This document shows positions 23,901 to 35,151 of a DNA stretch of 64,000 nt, one piece after another. The notes beneath the pieces were generated by a model that worked only from the letters and a program-made list of their open reading frames with translations, had not been told where the DNA came from and ran no database searches. Positions within the stretch are counted from its first letter, which is position 1, and each line of letters opens with the position of its first letter. Source of the DNA: Monocercomonoides exilis PA203 (Eukaryota; Protista; Preaxostyla); NCBI GenBank assembly GCA_001643675.2, contig LSRY02000055.1, forward strand, positions 124,001 through 188,000, given 5' to 3'. A program made the position numbers and the translations under genes.

Positions 23901-25601
23901 CCCAACATACCGATCCTTCATCCCCTCCTTCAGCCAATCCTTCTTTTCTGTGTGTTGATACACCCAATCATCGTCGGCATAACAGACTCTCTTCTCATCA
24001 GTATTCGTTGTGTACGATTCACATAATGGGTTATTCGATGAAAAGTGATTGAAATTGTCTTGAAAATACACATCGTGGCCATATGGAGTGGAAGCGTTGC
24101 AGCTGCAATCGTAGAAGAAGAAGAAATAACAATAAAGCTTGTTGCTTGGTGCTGTTGATTGACATGGAACAAAATACAATCCTCCTCCATATGATTCTGC
24201 AGAGCACGAAATAAATTGGAGGCTCCTCATTTTGAATGCAGCTGGAATAAAAAAACAATTCATCCCTCCACCGCCGGTGCTCGAGAGTGTACATGAAGAA
24301 AATGAGCATTCAAACACACAAGCACTCTCCCCTTTGCCACTTTCTGTTCCAATACAGGAAGATCCCGAAGTCTGAAATGTTGAAAGATAAAAACCTCCTC
24401 CATCAAAACATGATTTGCATTTCTGGAATTCGCATCCACTGATCCTGACACATGAAGTAATATTATAAGCATAAATCCCTCCTCCATTATCTCTTTGAGC
24501 AGTACAAGAATTAAATGAATTGTTCTCGATCTTGATTGAACTGATCTCATGGCACATAATTCCCCCTCCACCATAATACGCATAGCAGTCGTTAAACGTA
24601 CAATGTTTTACTGAAAGTGCCCCTGATACCAGATTATTCATGTTAATCGCCCCTCCACTCGATATCCCGTCCGTTACAGAATCAATTTCTCCTGTTGTCC
24701 TCGAACCACTCCATTCACACCAAGTGAATGAGTTTGCTCCATTATCTGTTGTGTTTTGTCTCCCTGGAGTCAATTTTCTATCTGCAGTTCCAATGCATTC
24801 AACATTTCTTGTCCGACAACACCCGATGAATGATGTATTTGAGGCTGTCAAGGAAGCCAAGGGGTTGTTGAGGGAATGAACAATCCCGCTATCATATGCA
24901 TCACAAACTGATGAAAATGAGCAACTGATCATCATACAAGTGGTTTTGGTTGACATTGCGGTCGAAGGTGAGCATGCATCATTTGCTGTGGAGATGTTGA
25001 AAAATGTCAGATGTGAGAGGGATATTAGGGGAATGGAAGGTGATGAGAGGAACGGGGCTGATGAGACACAAAAAGAAGAGAAGTGTGATTCACTCACTGA
25101 AATACTCCCTTCAATGTCTTCTCCATATCCATATCCATCTCCTTCTCTTCCTCTTCCTCTTCCACTTTCTCTTTCACTTCCTTTTTCTTCACCTTCACTT
25201 TTCTCCCTTCCATATCCCTTCCCTCCAAACAGCCTGCCTGAATAGATCTCTCTCCCTCTTCTCCACCATTTTAATGTGATGTTTGTCAACACCCCTCTGC
25301 ACCCACCCAGTTCAAATGCACCTGCACCATCATCCTTCCCCATCTCCACAACACACCCTCTCACCACAACCACGCTCCCCCTCAAACCACACACAATCCT
25401 CCCAATTTCATCTCCAATCAGCTCGATCCCCTTTAACTCAAGTGATGAATTAATTAATCTCACCTTTCCGATGATTTGGCTTTGTTCACTTATTCGTTTA
25501 TAATATTTGAAAGAAATAAGAGATTTTGTGTCAATGTGTTTGTTTTGTTTGATGTGCTTCGCATCATCCAGATTTTCAAAATTCTCTCTGTTTTTGTGCA
25601 A
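17970..25601 (-). CDS. Giant receptor-like protein: repetitive Cys/Gly-rich ectodomain, one TM helix, C-terminal kinase-like (pseudokinase) domain
   Basis: Uninterrupted 2543-codon ORF whose true start is probably upstream (~25900). Repeated GGG and CG...PC.(S/T)I modules, and TM WSLFAFIGCIEIVAILLFVIVVMAVV. RWKAPE, VFTLGLVLHEMTTGEVP and MW..EPNERPT match kinase subdomains VIII-XI. Confidence 0.9.
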   Translation of the reverse strand: MHKNRENFENLDDAKHIKQNKHIDTKSLISFKYYKRISEQSQIIGKVRLINSSLELKGIELIGDEIGRIVCGLRGSVVVVRGCVVEMGKDDGAGAFELGGCRGVLTNITLKWWRRGREIYSGRLFGGKGYGREKSEGEEKGSERESGRGRGREGDGYGYGEDIEGSISVSESHFSSFCVSSAPFLSSPSIPLISLSHLTFFNISTANDACSPSTAMSTKTTCMMISCSFSSVCDAYDSGIVHSLNNPLASLTASNTSFIGCCRTRNVECIGTADRKLTPGRQNTTDNGANSFTWCEWSGSRTTGEIDSVTDGISSGGAINMNNLVSGALSVKHCTFNDCYAYYGGGGIMCHEISSIKIENNSFNSCTAQRDNGGGIYAYNITSCVRISGCEFQKCKSCFDGGGFYLSTFQTSGSSCIGTESGKGESACVFECSFSSCTLSSTGGGGMNCFFIPAAFKMRSLQFISCSAESYGGGLYFVPCQSTAPSNKLYCYFFFFYDCSCNASTPYGHDVYFQDNFNHFSSNNPLCESYTTNTDEKRVCYADDDWVYQHTEKKDWLKEGMKDRYVGVGGDDTSNLCGVSEAAPCKTVGHAVESSMEQLSSTITLLGGRHVSEGATISVGEKKISVLGKGKTVSVIGTSALSNSSTTLFSISSGQLEVGHVGIDHNSMRSSSPSVFVVSLGSGTLSLEDVVIDSSTSGGGGMTKCVFEVALRQLKTIDVEIENMKISQPLFTDPSSAGSSSEESLLGNVTIRNVNRTEGDGVVIAKSVKGGETFVVWNTTMEGCECHNGNGGGLYVCLTGDGEAVVNGTSVIDGNKAENNGGSEGNGGRGGGIFVGIESGECGLTIGENVEFSKVKENMAEYGKDVFVHCGSGVLLETKVNASSFRFFDASTIPSDELKFCGSEDGKDEKVIPLFVYLFTIESKLTVDGSGERALDHSYCGFEKFGCETINYCMSTRVPKGFQTVEVSSESSINDEIIGPSFDVSVSGKVTAGEEITRVKVNVVDGGSSTQDCFVGCSNSLTICSISFVVKGQLSSRRRALIHSSSTLRLASCSVLFESGAFTGGKIGYNVLNVDGGTLTVDGFVMESVVTMNGKSPITISNGGMLEIKNSRVSGVTVEGWSGEGRGCIGAAIKEGGSAVVDNCSISTICTGGSGMKGGGMMISVENGGSLEINDVRFTGCQVPTEDSSERKGGMGGGMFVRLADTMGSFTMEGVTFSGCNAWKGKKVFISGNDLSEVMSNEKLKEELSASDKKSLDELCGWERKTTGENGYVIPLVVYLWRNWSKDGFVSKEKGGDFSGCGFSEAPCSSIDHLISLRYEPLGKGESQIGIGDSGLLSHPISFLSSLPTLPDSEAPAVAIKGTKKGTSVTITDEDGNAVSSGAMISSNVSLSFVNVSFTKPSITTSHAVFIESSRTNTVLSVTDCSFGSAGGTVESFEYCLIKVNGGSAAVQSCTLNKINELKGFIAFSQSASQVTIQNVNISSATLKENSLISMIEEENQMNGNENTHLNGNKPVLKVVYCSFENIMNEGSSASVIELGSFDYAMECTIEDCAMSTCRSDLSTEGGGMKVVLKSEESILKVNGSSFSMCRCSTESGRGGGLFIDGADPNVNIDDESQIPSLNFKIVNILFRLNEAFVGKDIFIKCHSILDQINETLFALNFNQESLRTNNSICGSDLKGNTDMDVIPRITFYKGLQVFVNEGGADGRRCGAQSNPCKSINCAIDHIQEGVMNAILIDGEGVVSGECVIGDLVVRSFKKTQAIVKLKSKIEKSAEKDCIMEFINESAVERCSFQFEDTLISTHSFILKVKNGITKIQECKFFSSSDELKLNNSIVSVESGELRISETTFRDLHSAGSVLLFNKESNVTLLETSISNIKSEGDVVSVGGKAKVVMKIMTIENVSVASERCVVAMEDAEQEVSVLNCSFEKSANSVEKGSMMQIRRSKDVRVEICVFDGEKEEKEAKTANEGNKGKEGLCEWSGSLIDIESSNVEMKETTVMKSKNGGLWVSGGSVKIENSKFEDNNPSIEGYPSARRNVICTGNGELNIVSVKGGDGIEKNTSLWILDEGCQLGGIASERGSSYFIPVLEEVKNTTQASGSMDLSIRGKLLLPCNLSLKISMKDGDVELIQTQKIEENECVSENEIHSVITSEQVEVMGKKTEVSMSILFGKGNSLSSNKLVVINKTVSPSSGDDRISEGGNKNNIGGSNFEWSLFAFIGCIEIVAILLFVIVVMAVVQRRKLIESERKVEKERLENEQIMQKMERRRRENNGGSFEMSDMPSTLLEGMTSQIPLLIDNDEGIPEPPSMIDGMLNENDLPDLESPLPFSENYSTAGVPKSHSLNVISAKKPFREKEKKNLKILHSVIHSVQGDFTLGTRVMDVVDGKEVVMAVAELFEHLISVGDERVEMMGKQLCPYSIFVEEGIKNEIFVLTEELKDEKQKEEMKRWKAPEAGDEEEGIEKAVVFTLGLVLHEMTTGEVPLSECEAEEAQEMMRDGVRPLTEGIEGEDLIELMEKMWADEPNERPTLAEVKESLRELIENDV

Positions 25602-27188
25602 TTCTTCATTGTCAAATGAACATGCATCTGAAAATGATATTCACAGATTCATATCATAAAGATATATAAATAGTCAAAATTGCATACTTTTTATCAATGC
25701 GTACACTTTCATATCACAGTTTTTATCATTAAAAACAACATTCGAACCAGGCGAATGATCGACAGTCGCCAGTCTATGGCTGTGATGGAAATTAATAATG
25801 ATTATAAACGCATATATCGACATTATCAGATGGCTCATGCTAAGTGTTAAATGTGCAATCAAAGAATAGAATAATAAAATAATGGTCGCGATAAATAATT
25901 TTATTTTCTTTTCACAAATTTGAAGTTTATCTCTTCTAACTTTTCAAATATATTTCTTTGAGGGCTTTATTATAATTTTATTTTAAAAATCTGAATAATT
26001 CATTCAAAAAATAAATTGATGAAAAAAAAGTTTCTCATAATTCAAAAAATATTTGTTATTTCAAAATAAAATTTTTTTGAATTGAATTGAATTTCAAAAA
26101 ATAAACAAAATGAACCAACTCATATCATAAATGTCATTAAGAAAGAAATATCAAAGAATCCATTCATATTTCTCATTCTAGTCATCATCAATGTTGTTTA
26201 ATATTCATTAAATATAGAAATTCATTCTTTTTCCCTTTCTTTTTTTTTTTCCTTTTCTCTCAATCTGTTTTGCCAATCTTCTTCATTCCACTCGCATCTC
26301 TCCTCTTCCATTCGCCTTTCTTCCCTCAAATTTCTTTCTGATTGATATTCCTCTTCATACATTTCTATCTCATTCACTCACCATTCTCTCTCTCTCTCTT
26401 TCTTTCTTTCTTTTTCTTTTCTTTTCTTTTCTTTTCTTTTCTTTCTTTCTTTCTCTTTCTCTTTTTCTTTTTCTTTTTCTTTTTCTTCTCTCCTTTTCTT
26501 TCTCCTCCTTTTTCATTGAATTTTTTATTAATTTCTTTTTGTTTCTCTTTTTCATCTTCCTCTTCCTCTTCTTTTAATTTGACATGTTTCATGTCATTTC
26601 AAATTGACATGTCTTAATTCAAACTGAGTTGCGGAATATTCAAACTGAGAAGAAAAGTGACGAAAAAGGGAATTTATTTTGGAATTTATTGAAGAAGAAG
26701 AAGAAGAAGAAGGAGAAGGAGAAGGAGAAGGAGGAGGAGGAGGAGGAGGAGGAGGAGAAGAAGAAGAAGAAGAAGAAGAAGAAGAAGATGATGATGATGA
26801 TGATGATGATGAAGAGGAGAAGAAGAAGAAACGATTGGATGTGGGGAGTTCAGCGATACACGCGGAGGAGTCGGAGGCTGAAAGAGGGCAGCTGTGATTG
26901 GATGTGTGCTTACGCTGATTGGAGGAGTCGAGGGAGAAGGAGAAGAATTTCGAGAAGAATTTCGAGAGGAAGAAGAAGAAGAAGAATTAATAGAAGAGGA
27001 AGAGGAAGATGAAAAAGAGAAAGAAGAAAATAAAAAATAGAAGACATCAGCTTTTCCAAGTCATGTTGCGTGATAGAAAAAAACTGAATGTGTTCTGAAT
27101 GTGAATGCCCAGCCAGCTATATCTGCTCCGACAAAAGAGTCGCTTCCACCAAATACCCTCAACAAATAACCCAAACAAAGACTTCTTT

Positions 27189-27233
<45 letters not shown>

Positions 27234-28504
27234 AAGTTCATGTCAAATCATTATCATGTAATACATCATGTCAAAATAGATGGCATAAGTTACAAACATC
27301 ATCATTGAATGCAATCCAAACAGGGATAATCTCAAAACTCCTGGTTCTTTTGCGAAAAAAAAAAGAAGGCTTTTCTTTCCATGGCATTCCTGTTCATGGC
27401 CAATCTGTATTCATTGTAAAAAAAATATCTTTAAAGAAAAATTAATAAAAATAAAAAAAGTCAAACCATCTTTTTGGCCTTGAAATATTTTCCCATCTCC
27501 ACTGGATTGGTAATTATCTGTCAAACTGGTTTTCTTGTTCTTAGAATCCATTGTGAAGTTGGCTGTGATATCTGATGAAAACACATATCCCCCAAATTAA
27601 CTCCTTTTCAAAACCCAATTCAACGACAAGTCTTTGCTGATAGCTTTCCAACTTGCTTAGTGCAAAATGCAAATGTCATTGTTGTTGAGGCCTGCTGAGT
27701 GTTTTGCTCAACTCGTTTTCTCCATTGTCCAACCCCCAATTCCCTTTCCTTTTCCACAAAACCAACCTTCTCCCCAAAAACCATGTTAAACAAATCCTGT
27801 GCAAAAAAATATGCCAAGTGCACTTCATTTCCACAAAATGACAAAGCGTTTCAATTCAATCTTTCTAGCATTTTAATCGCTTTTTTTGTATCTTGCTTTA
27901 TTCATTTTTCATTCAAAATATAGCATTTGACGATATGCCACACATTTTGCAATTTTTCACCATGTTCAAATTTCATGCAACTTCCCACACTTATTCACTT
28001 TTCGCAAGCAATCGATGCAAACAGCCACCCGCTCCTCCATCTGCAAGAAAAGCCCCTGTTCTTCTGCAATGCTATAACTCGCATGGTTGCATCCGAGGCC
28101 GTTCATCCAAAACAGCTCAAACAAACTTTTATCTCAATATATCATCAATCAAAAATCTTCACTTATAAAATTATGGGTTGTGAACCCTTATTAAATATTC
28201 GAGAAGGAGATCTGTTTTTCTTCTTTTTGATTTGTTTATTTTAATGCAAATGACATCGACGTCACATGAAAACGTGTGGAGTTCAGCGTAATTAGATATT
28301 TGATATGGTGATTTTTATTCATTTGATTTGAACAAAACACGAATATTTCGAAAATGAATTTATTTGTTGTTTTTGATTCACTTTGTGATTTCTCAGCCAA
28401 CTTCAAAAAGTAAAATATATCTTGGTTTGCAAAGTGTTATAAGAAATGAATGGCTGAATAAGCAAATGATTGTTATTTGTTCTTTGATTTTTCAATTTTT
28501 TTAG

Positions 28505-29916
28505 GGAAACTTTCGCAGTTGGAACAAAACACCGATGCTGAGCAGAAACAGAAAATTTTTGAAATGAATGTGTTTATGGATGAAATGAAAGAAGAAGAAT
28601 TGGAATCTGTTTTATCAGATGAACTTTTCAACAAAATACATAAAATGATTGAAGAAAAGAAACTTTCGATGGAAAATGCAATTATGTTGTTGAAGCACAT
28701 TGGATATTTGAAAACGTTGAAAAACGTGTGGAATCCATTCTTTGAAAAATCTTCGCTGAGCAGAAGATTCAAACAGATGATTGTTGAAGAGGAAAAGAAA
28801 AATGAAGAAAGCGAAAAAAGTCTGCTTGTTGATTTGTTCGAATGCTGTCTTTTGTTGAACAGATGGGCTTCTTCGGAGTTGATTTTGCCATGTGTGCCTT
28901 GCATTCTGAAAGTTGCATCTGTCAAAGAGGAAAATGAGGAGGCACAAAAAGAAGTGGAAACTGCTTTGTTGGCTTTGAGCTGCGTTAATTCCTTTTCTGT
29001 TTGTGCATTTTCTCTCTTAATTTTTTGCATGATTTTTTTTCTTTTATTTTATTAGAAAGTTCCAAAAGAACTGTATTTGAATGAGTTCAAAGAGATCATT
29101 GAATATCACCAGGAATATCGAAACCTCACTCGACTCGCCTATCAGTCAGCGTGGCGGTTTTTAATAAAACAATTGGACAATGGCAAAAGTTTGGAAGAAG
29201 TGATTACGAATGAGTTGTGTTTTGAGGAAGAGGCGAAAAGAGAATTGGAAGAGCTGACAAGATGTGTTGATTGGAAGAAGAAAGAAGAGGAAATAGGCAA
29301 AGATGAAGGGAAAGATGTGTATATTATCATGAGATGGCTCTTCGTATTATTTGATTTCTTTTACTCATGCAGATCATGGAATGAAGAACTTGTCAAACTT
29401 ATCCGCAGCATTGTTCAGGTTTTTCGAGTAGCCAAGAAGAATTATGAAGAAATGAGCATTAAATGCATCGAATTAATAAGAAGTGCAGCAGAGAGCGCAA
29501 GCGTGAAAGTTGAAGACTTGTTGAAAGGGGGAGCTATTAATGCTGTTTTGGAGAAGATTCAAAGACAAACATTGAAAAAAGGTGTGGTACATGAATGCTT
29601 TCTATTCTTCACGAATGTTTCGGAAAGATTGAAAAAAAAGAAGAAAAACGAAATGGAAGAAGAGGAAGAAGAAGAGGAGTTTGATGAGGGGGATGAAGAG
29701 AAGGAAGAAGAAAACAAAGAAGAGAAGGATAGAAAGAAGAAAGAAGAAAAAGAGGAAGCGAAAAGAAAAGCAACAAAAAAAGAGATTTTTGAAAAGATGG
29801 AAGAACAAGGATATGAAGATACCATCACAAGCTTTTATGGAACAATTGATTTTCTAAAAAAAAAATATCATTTTCAATTGTCATTGAATATTTGTGATTA
29901 TTTTGTGAATGTTTAA
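28505..29916 (+). CDS. Uncharacterised helical family (EEEGYED...YFVNV), copy 1; first exon not located
   Basis: ORFs 28477-29055 and 29077-29916 are joined by a GT-AG intron (~29000-29055) at the position conserved in paralogues. Confidence 0.75.
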
Positions 29917-30770
29917 GAAAATGAAACTCACATTATTTTGGAACTCAAAAACCATCATTTTCATTTTTATTCATTACACTAAATGTTAAAAAATATATTT
30001 GAATAATTTATATTCTTGTTCTTATTTTCTTTTCCATCAAATTCTCTAAGAAAGCAATTCAATCAAAATTGAGTTCTCTCTCCCTCTTTCTTTCTCTCTC
30101 TTCTTTCTCTTTTGCATAGAATCTATTTTTGTTGTTGATCTTATTTTTTGTTTCATTGCCCTTCACTTCCATTCCATTCAATGTCTGAAAGAGACAGAAA
30201 TTCAATTAATGAGAGATGCATGTTGCCTTTCTTGTCGAAATAGAATGAAGATGAAAAGAAAGATCACAATCATTGAAATGAAGATAGATAGTGCATGAAT
30301 GTGTGAGCAAGAGCGTGAAAATGAAAAAGAATGAAATTAATAAGTTGAATCAGAATATGTGAATAACCAGACTGAATGAAATGAACGAGATATGTGTGTT
30401 TATTTTTTCTTGCTTCTTATTTTCACTGACTCTTGCGCTTGCGGATAATGCGGAGAAGGAAGTGGAGATGGAGGAATTATGCTGGAGAAGTTTATCGAAA
30501 ATGTCATTCGACAAACATTGTGAAATTCAGAAAAAAAACTCATCTGAATGATCTTGTGGTACGAATAAAAAATAGCAGTTTGTGCTCTCTTTGAATGGGA
30601 AATCGATATTTGGTTGAAAAACAACAAAAGTGAAACCGTCGTTGAGACGAAGTCAGTAAATACCATCAGCAGCTGCTAAATCAACATCACACATTCTCTG
30701 ACTTCACTCTATTGTAATTGAAAAGTTGAATATTAGCAATTGATGATGATGGGAAACAAAAATTTGATAT

Positions 30771-31009
30771 GGGTAATTCTTTTTGAAAAGTCGCAAACGT
30801 TTAATTTTCAAATAAAAAATTTTTTCATATTTAGCTCAAATTTTAGTTAACATCAACCAAACTTCACTAATATGGAATCTATTTCTGGATAATGCTATTT
30901 CACACATTCAAAAGAAGATTCGTGAGTGGAAACAATAATTTGAGCAAAATATGAAAAAAATTTTTTATATGAAAATTGAACGTTTGTGACTTTTCAAAAA
31001 TAATCACCC
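30771..31009. mobile_element. MITE, ~70-bp imperfect TIRs, ATAT on both flanks
   Basis: GGGTAATTCTTTTTGAAAAGTCGCAAACG ... CGTTTGTGACTTTTCAAAAATAATCACCC. Confidence 0.8.
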
Positions 31010-31019
31010 ATATATTAGT

Positions 31020-31248
31020 GGATAAAGAAGAAGAGGAAGAAGAAGAGGAAGAAGAAGAGGAAGAAGAAGAGGAAGAAGAAAAGGAAGAAGAAGAGGAAAG
31101 AAAAGAGTTGAAAAGGAAAGTGTTTGAAAAGCTGGAAGAAGAAGGATACGAAGATTTCATCACTGGGTTTCACCATTATATTTGTCACGGTTTATATGGC
31201 GTCTTTCCTTTGATTCGGTGTTAAACAGAATATTTTGTGAATATTTGA
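31020..31248 (+). pseudogene. 3' fragment of the EEEGYED family
   Basis: ERKELKRKVFEKLEEEGYEDFIT, then frameshifted EYFVNI*. It begins right after the MITE. Confidence 0.7.
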
Positions 31249-31771
31249 TTAAATGAGATACACTTCGCTTTTCAGTTCTGAATTTCGTCAAAGTGCAATT
31301 TTGAATTAATTATTTTTTTAATAAAAGAAAATTTAAAAAGAATTTTTTTTCTTTTATTTTTCATCTCCATTTATTTACCAATAATAATCCAAAATAATTA
31401 ATTTTGCAATCGAAATAAAAATTTCCATTTTTTCGAAGGAAGAATTTTTTTTTCTTTTTTTTGAAAAAGTTGGAATTTGAAACTGTTCTTCTAGCTATTT
31501 CTCTCAGTTAGAAATGACATTTAGGCAAAATACAAACAGAGCATCAAGGTTGTATCTTCGAGAAAAAGCAAAGAATATCAAAGAGAAAATGAAAATTCAA
31601 ATTGTAATTGAAACATATGATGACGAGCCTGCTTTTGAGGAGAAATTTAAATTTTTTTGTGAGGTATTTGACGATGACTTCTGTCTATTTGGAAGAGCAG
31701 ACACAAGGAGAGAAAGAGAAAAAGAGAGAGAGGATGGAAATGAAATTGCTTCTGAAAATATGAGACTAATA

Positions 31772-33780
31772 GTGTCATCTTTTTATTGGCACTTTTTTCT
31801 TTATTGGCACTTTTTTTTTAAATAAAAATTAATCTTACCCACAAATGATATTTATAAAAATATTTTTGGTATATATACAAATGTGATATTATCTAATATT
31901 TGAATTTTGAAAGAAATCCAATTTCTCATGGGGGGGAAATGGGGGGGTTCAAGTCCTTCCATTGAGCTTTCATGAGAAATTGGACTGCACAAAGGTTTGT
32001 TAATATTTCTAATTCATTCAAAAATTTAAATATTAATTAAAAATTCTTTAATGAGAATTAATAAATAAAAAAATATATTAATGATCATTACCCACATTAT
32101 ATAAATGAAATTGCTAGTGAAAAAGAAAGCTGAAGCGGCGCAGAAGCGGCTGAAGGAAGCAATGTCTACATTTCATTACAGGAAATATGAAACAAGATTG
32201 GAAAGGATTGCGCACATTGTTAATGACAATGTAGTCAGGCTGGTCGACGGTGTTAAATACGGCGGAATCAGTAAGAAGTCATTGGAGCACGCTGTTAAAG
32301 CCATAAAAAACGGAAGGCCGATTGCAAAAGTTGGGCACCCGCCAATTATCAGAGGTGAAAAAGAAAAACAATTCTTGGAAGAAGTTACAATAGAATCTCG
32401 ATCAGGGACAAGCCTCTCGTTACGAAAAGCGCGTGATCTGGTTTGAAATTGATATTTGAATTGTTTATTAAATTGTCTTCAGATGGAAAATATATAAAAC
32501 GATAGTGAAGAAGAAGGAGAAAAAGAAGAAAAGAAGAAAAAGACAGTCACTCTGAAGACGGTTCACGAATTCATAAAGCTCCATCCAGAATTGAAGTCTT
32601 CTCTGCCAAAGCAAGTTGATATTAACAGACTTGCAGCATCTTGTCTGAAAGTCCTAAAGCCGTGGTATACGGAATCACAAGTATTACACAATGAAAATAA
32701 ATTTCCAGAGGAATTAATCTTCAATATCGATGAATCTTCGCTTCGAATTCCGACTTCTTCACTTGATGTTGTTGTTCATCCCGCAGATGAGCAAGCTGGA
32801 TTCAATTAGACTGCTGAAAGGATGCCGAATACCACTCTCGTTGCTGGAATAGCTGCTGATGGCTTCTCGCTTTAGTCTGTCGTACTGTGGCCGAGCGCAA
32901 ATTATCCGAAAGAACTGACAACACTGTTAGCGCCGTCGCTTGACATTTGACCAAACACAAACAGCTGGATGGACAAAACTTCATTCAAAAAATACGCCTT
33001 AACAGTTCTGCTGCCAGCAATCATTGACAGATGAAAGCGAATTCTAAAAGAAACTCATCGTTGCCTTCTTCTCCTGGACTCGCACCCATCACGGGAGGAT
33101 CCAACTATATGCAGACAGTTCAAAGAAGCGGAAATTGATGTCATCACCTTCGTTCTACATACTGCACACATATCTCCGCTGCTGGACAGAGGCGTATTTG
33201 CAGTATTGAAGTCGGAGCTTTCAAACAATTTCAGCTCTTTATCATCCACCTCCTCATCTTCGAAAAGAACAGCTGTTGCAGATGTGTTACAACAAGCCCT
33301 TCATACAGCATTCACACCATCTGTGATCAAAAAAGCCTTCATTAACAGTGGAGTCCTCAGCAATGGATCTGGATCTGTGCAATTGAAGCTTCCTCAGTCT
33401 TCTCAATACTTCATTCCTTCTCATTCACATTGTTTCGACTTCTTCGGAAAAGAAATAACTAAAGAAAAACTTCTTGATGAATGGGATGAATATAATGAAA
33501 AACACAAGATGAAAATTGAAGAACTTGAAGAAAAAGAAAAGGAAATTGAAGAAGAAGAATTACAGTAGGAGAAAAAAGTGAAAAGGAAATTCAGAAAAAT
33601 AAAGAATGATGACGAAGAAATAAGTGATGAATTTGCTCCTTTGAACGTGAAAATGGAAAAAGAAAAGTGAGAAGAGTAATTGATTCGAGTTTTGTATTTT
33701 TTTGATGTGTTTTTAACTTTTTTTCATTTCAAAAAATTTTGGTGCCAATAAAGAAAAAAGTGCCAATAAAAAGATGACCC
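31772..33780 (+). mobile_element. pogo/Fot1-like (Tc1/mariner superfamily) DNA transposon, DD35D, inactivated
   Basis: 39-bp TIRs G(T/G)GTCATCTTTTTATTGGCACTTTTTTCTTTATTGGCAC with TA on both flanks. Transposase 32105-~33670 has LIFNIDES, LLLLDSHPS and HTAHISPLLDRGVF (35 residues between the last two D). It has a probable intron at ~32441-32482 and several stops. Confidence 0.9.
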
Positions 33781-34181
33781 TATCCATTGTCAACAATAGT
33801 TTGACACGGAAGAAACAAACAAACACAAATGCGGAAATCATCAAGAAAACAGATCGAAATCTCAGTTTTTATTTCAAGTGAAACAAGGCGAATCATCATC
33901 ATTTTCTTTTCTATCTTTTTTTTCGATGTTGGAATCTTTGTTATCAGAGCGATCAACACACAAATCTTTTCATCTTCATTTCCAACTCCATCATTTACAA
34001 ACGTTCTTAGTCTTTCTCAGTTTCTCAGACAGCTGTTGCAGTTTTGTTGCATTTCAATTTAATGAAAATAACATTAATGCCTTCCAGATGATTTTCCCTT
34101 CACGTTGAAATGAAATCGTATCGTCAACTCAAATGTTTCCTTCCTTCCACACAAAAGCGTGAATTATCTTTTCAGAATATA

Positions 34182-35151
34182 CACCAAAAATTATTCAACA
34201 TCGAAAAACTTTAATTCAAAATCGAAAAAGTTTAAAACAACATCGAAAAACTTTAATTCAACATCGAAAATTATTATTCAAAATCGAAAAAGTTTAATTC
34301 AAGATCGAAAATTATTATTCGAAATCGGAAAACTTTAATTCGAAATCGAAAATATTTAATTCAACATCGAAAATTCTTTATCATCAAAAAATTTGAAAAA
34401 AATATAAAAATTCATGCTCATGTCAGTTTCTTTTATTTCGAAGCAAGATCTGAGAAATTTGTCAATTTCAATAAGAAAAAATTTTTTTGATGTTTTTTGG
34501 TGTTTGATTGTGTGAAATAGTGGAAATAGGATAAAACTGAATAATGATTAAACTCTTCACATGTATTCAGGAGACAATGAGGAATTTTTGTAAAAAATAA
34601 AAGTGATAGGATAGTTCATGATCTTGTTTTGTGCACAAAAATACTTAAATCAATTTAATCCATTTGTTATGAAACGTTTGTAATTCATTTGTTGAATATG
34701 AAACAGATAAAATGAAACATTTTCAATTTTCAAAATGAGAAAAAGATCAACAGATATCAGTCGAAATTATCGAAAACCGTAGTTCAAAAAAAAGGAAAGT
34801 ATTTCCAATAAATAAACATTTGTTATGATTAACATTTGTATCAAAAAAATTTCCTTGGTTATGACTTGAATTGAAATTTCGAACAAATTGACTTCTTTTT
34901 CGATTTTGAATTAAACATTTTCGATGTTGAATTAAATATTTTCGATTTCGAATTAAACTTTTTCGATTTCGAATTAAAGTTTTCCGATTTCGAATAATAA
35001 TTTTCGATCTTGAATTAAACTTTTTCGATTTTGAATAATAATTTTCGATGTTGAATTAAAGTTTTTCGATGTTGTTTTAAACTTTTTCGATTTTGAATTA
35101 AAGTTTTTCGATCTTGAATTAAAGTTTTTCGATGTTGAATAATTTTTGGTG
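34182..35151. mobile_element. Foldback-type non-autonomous element with ~21-bp tandem subterminal repeats, TA flanks
   Basis: Arms CACCAAAAATTATTCAACATCG... (34182-~34380) and its reverse complement (~34895-35151), built of TCGAAAAA(C/G)TTTAATTCAA(A/C)A-like units. No ORF inside. Confidence 0.85.

Noticed and set aside
27047-27870. Possible multi-exon gene on the minus strand (similar coding-like patches at 7430-7860, 40720-41220, 47590-48190)
   Set aside because: There are many stops and no family could be recognised, so they are too degraded to call.
5655-33670. Alternative genetic code (stop-codon reassignment) to explain in-frame stops
   Set aside because: All three stop types occur alongside frameshifts in the decayed genes. 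Long intact ORFs need no readthrough, and paralogues end at the same position with TAA, TAG or TGA.
34182-35151. CRISPR-like array of ~21-bp repeats
   Set aside because: The units are contiguous with no unique spacers, are arranged as inverted arms, have no cas genes nearby and sit in a eukaryotic context.
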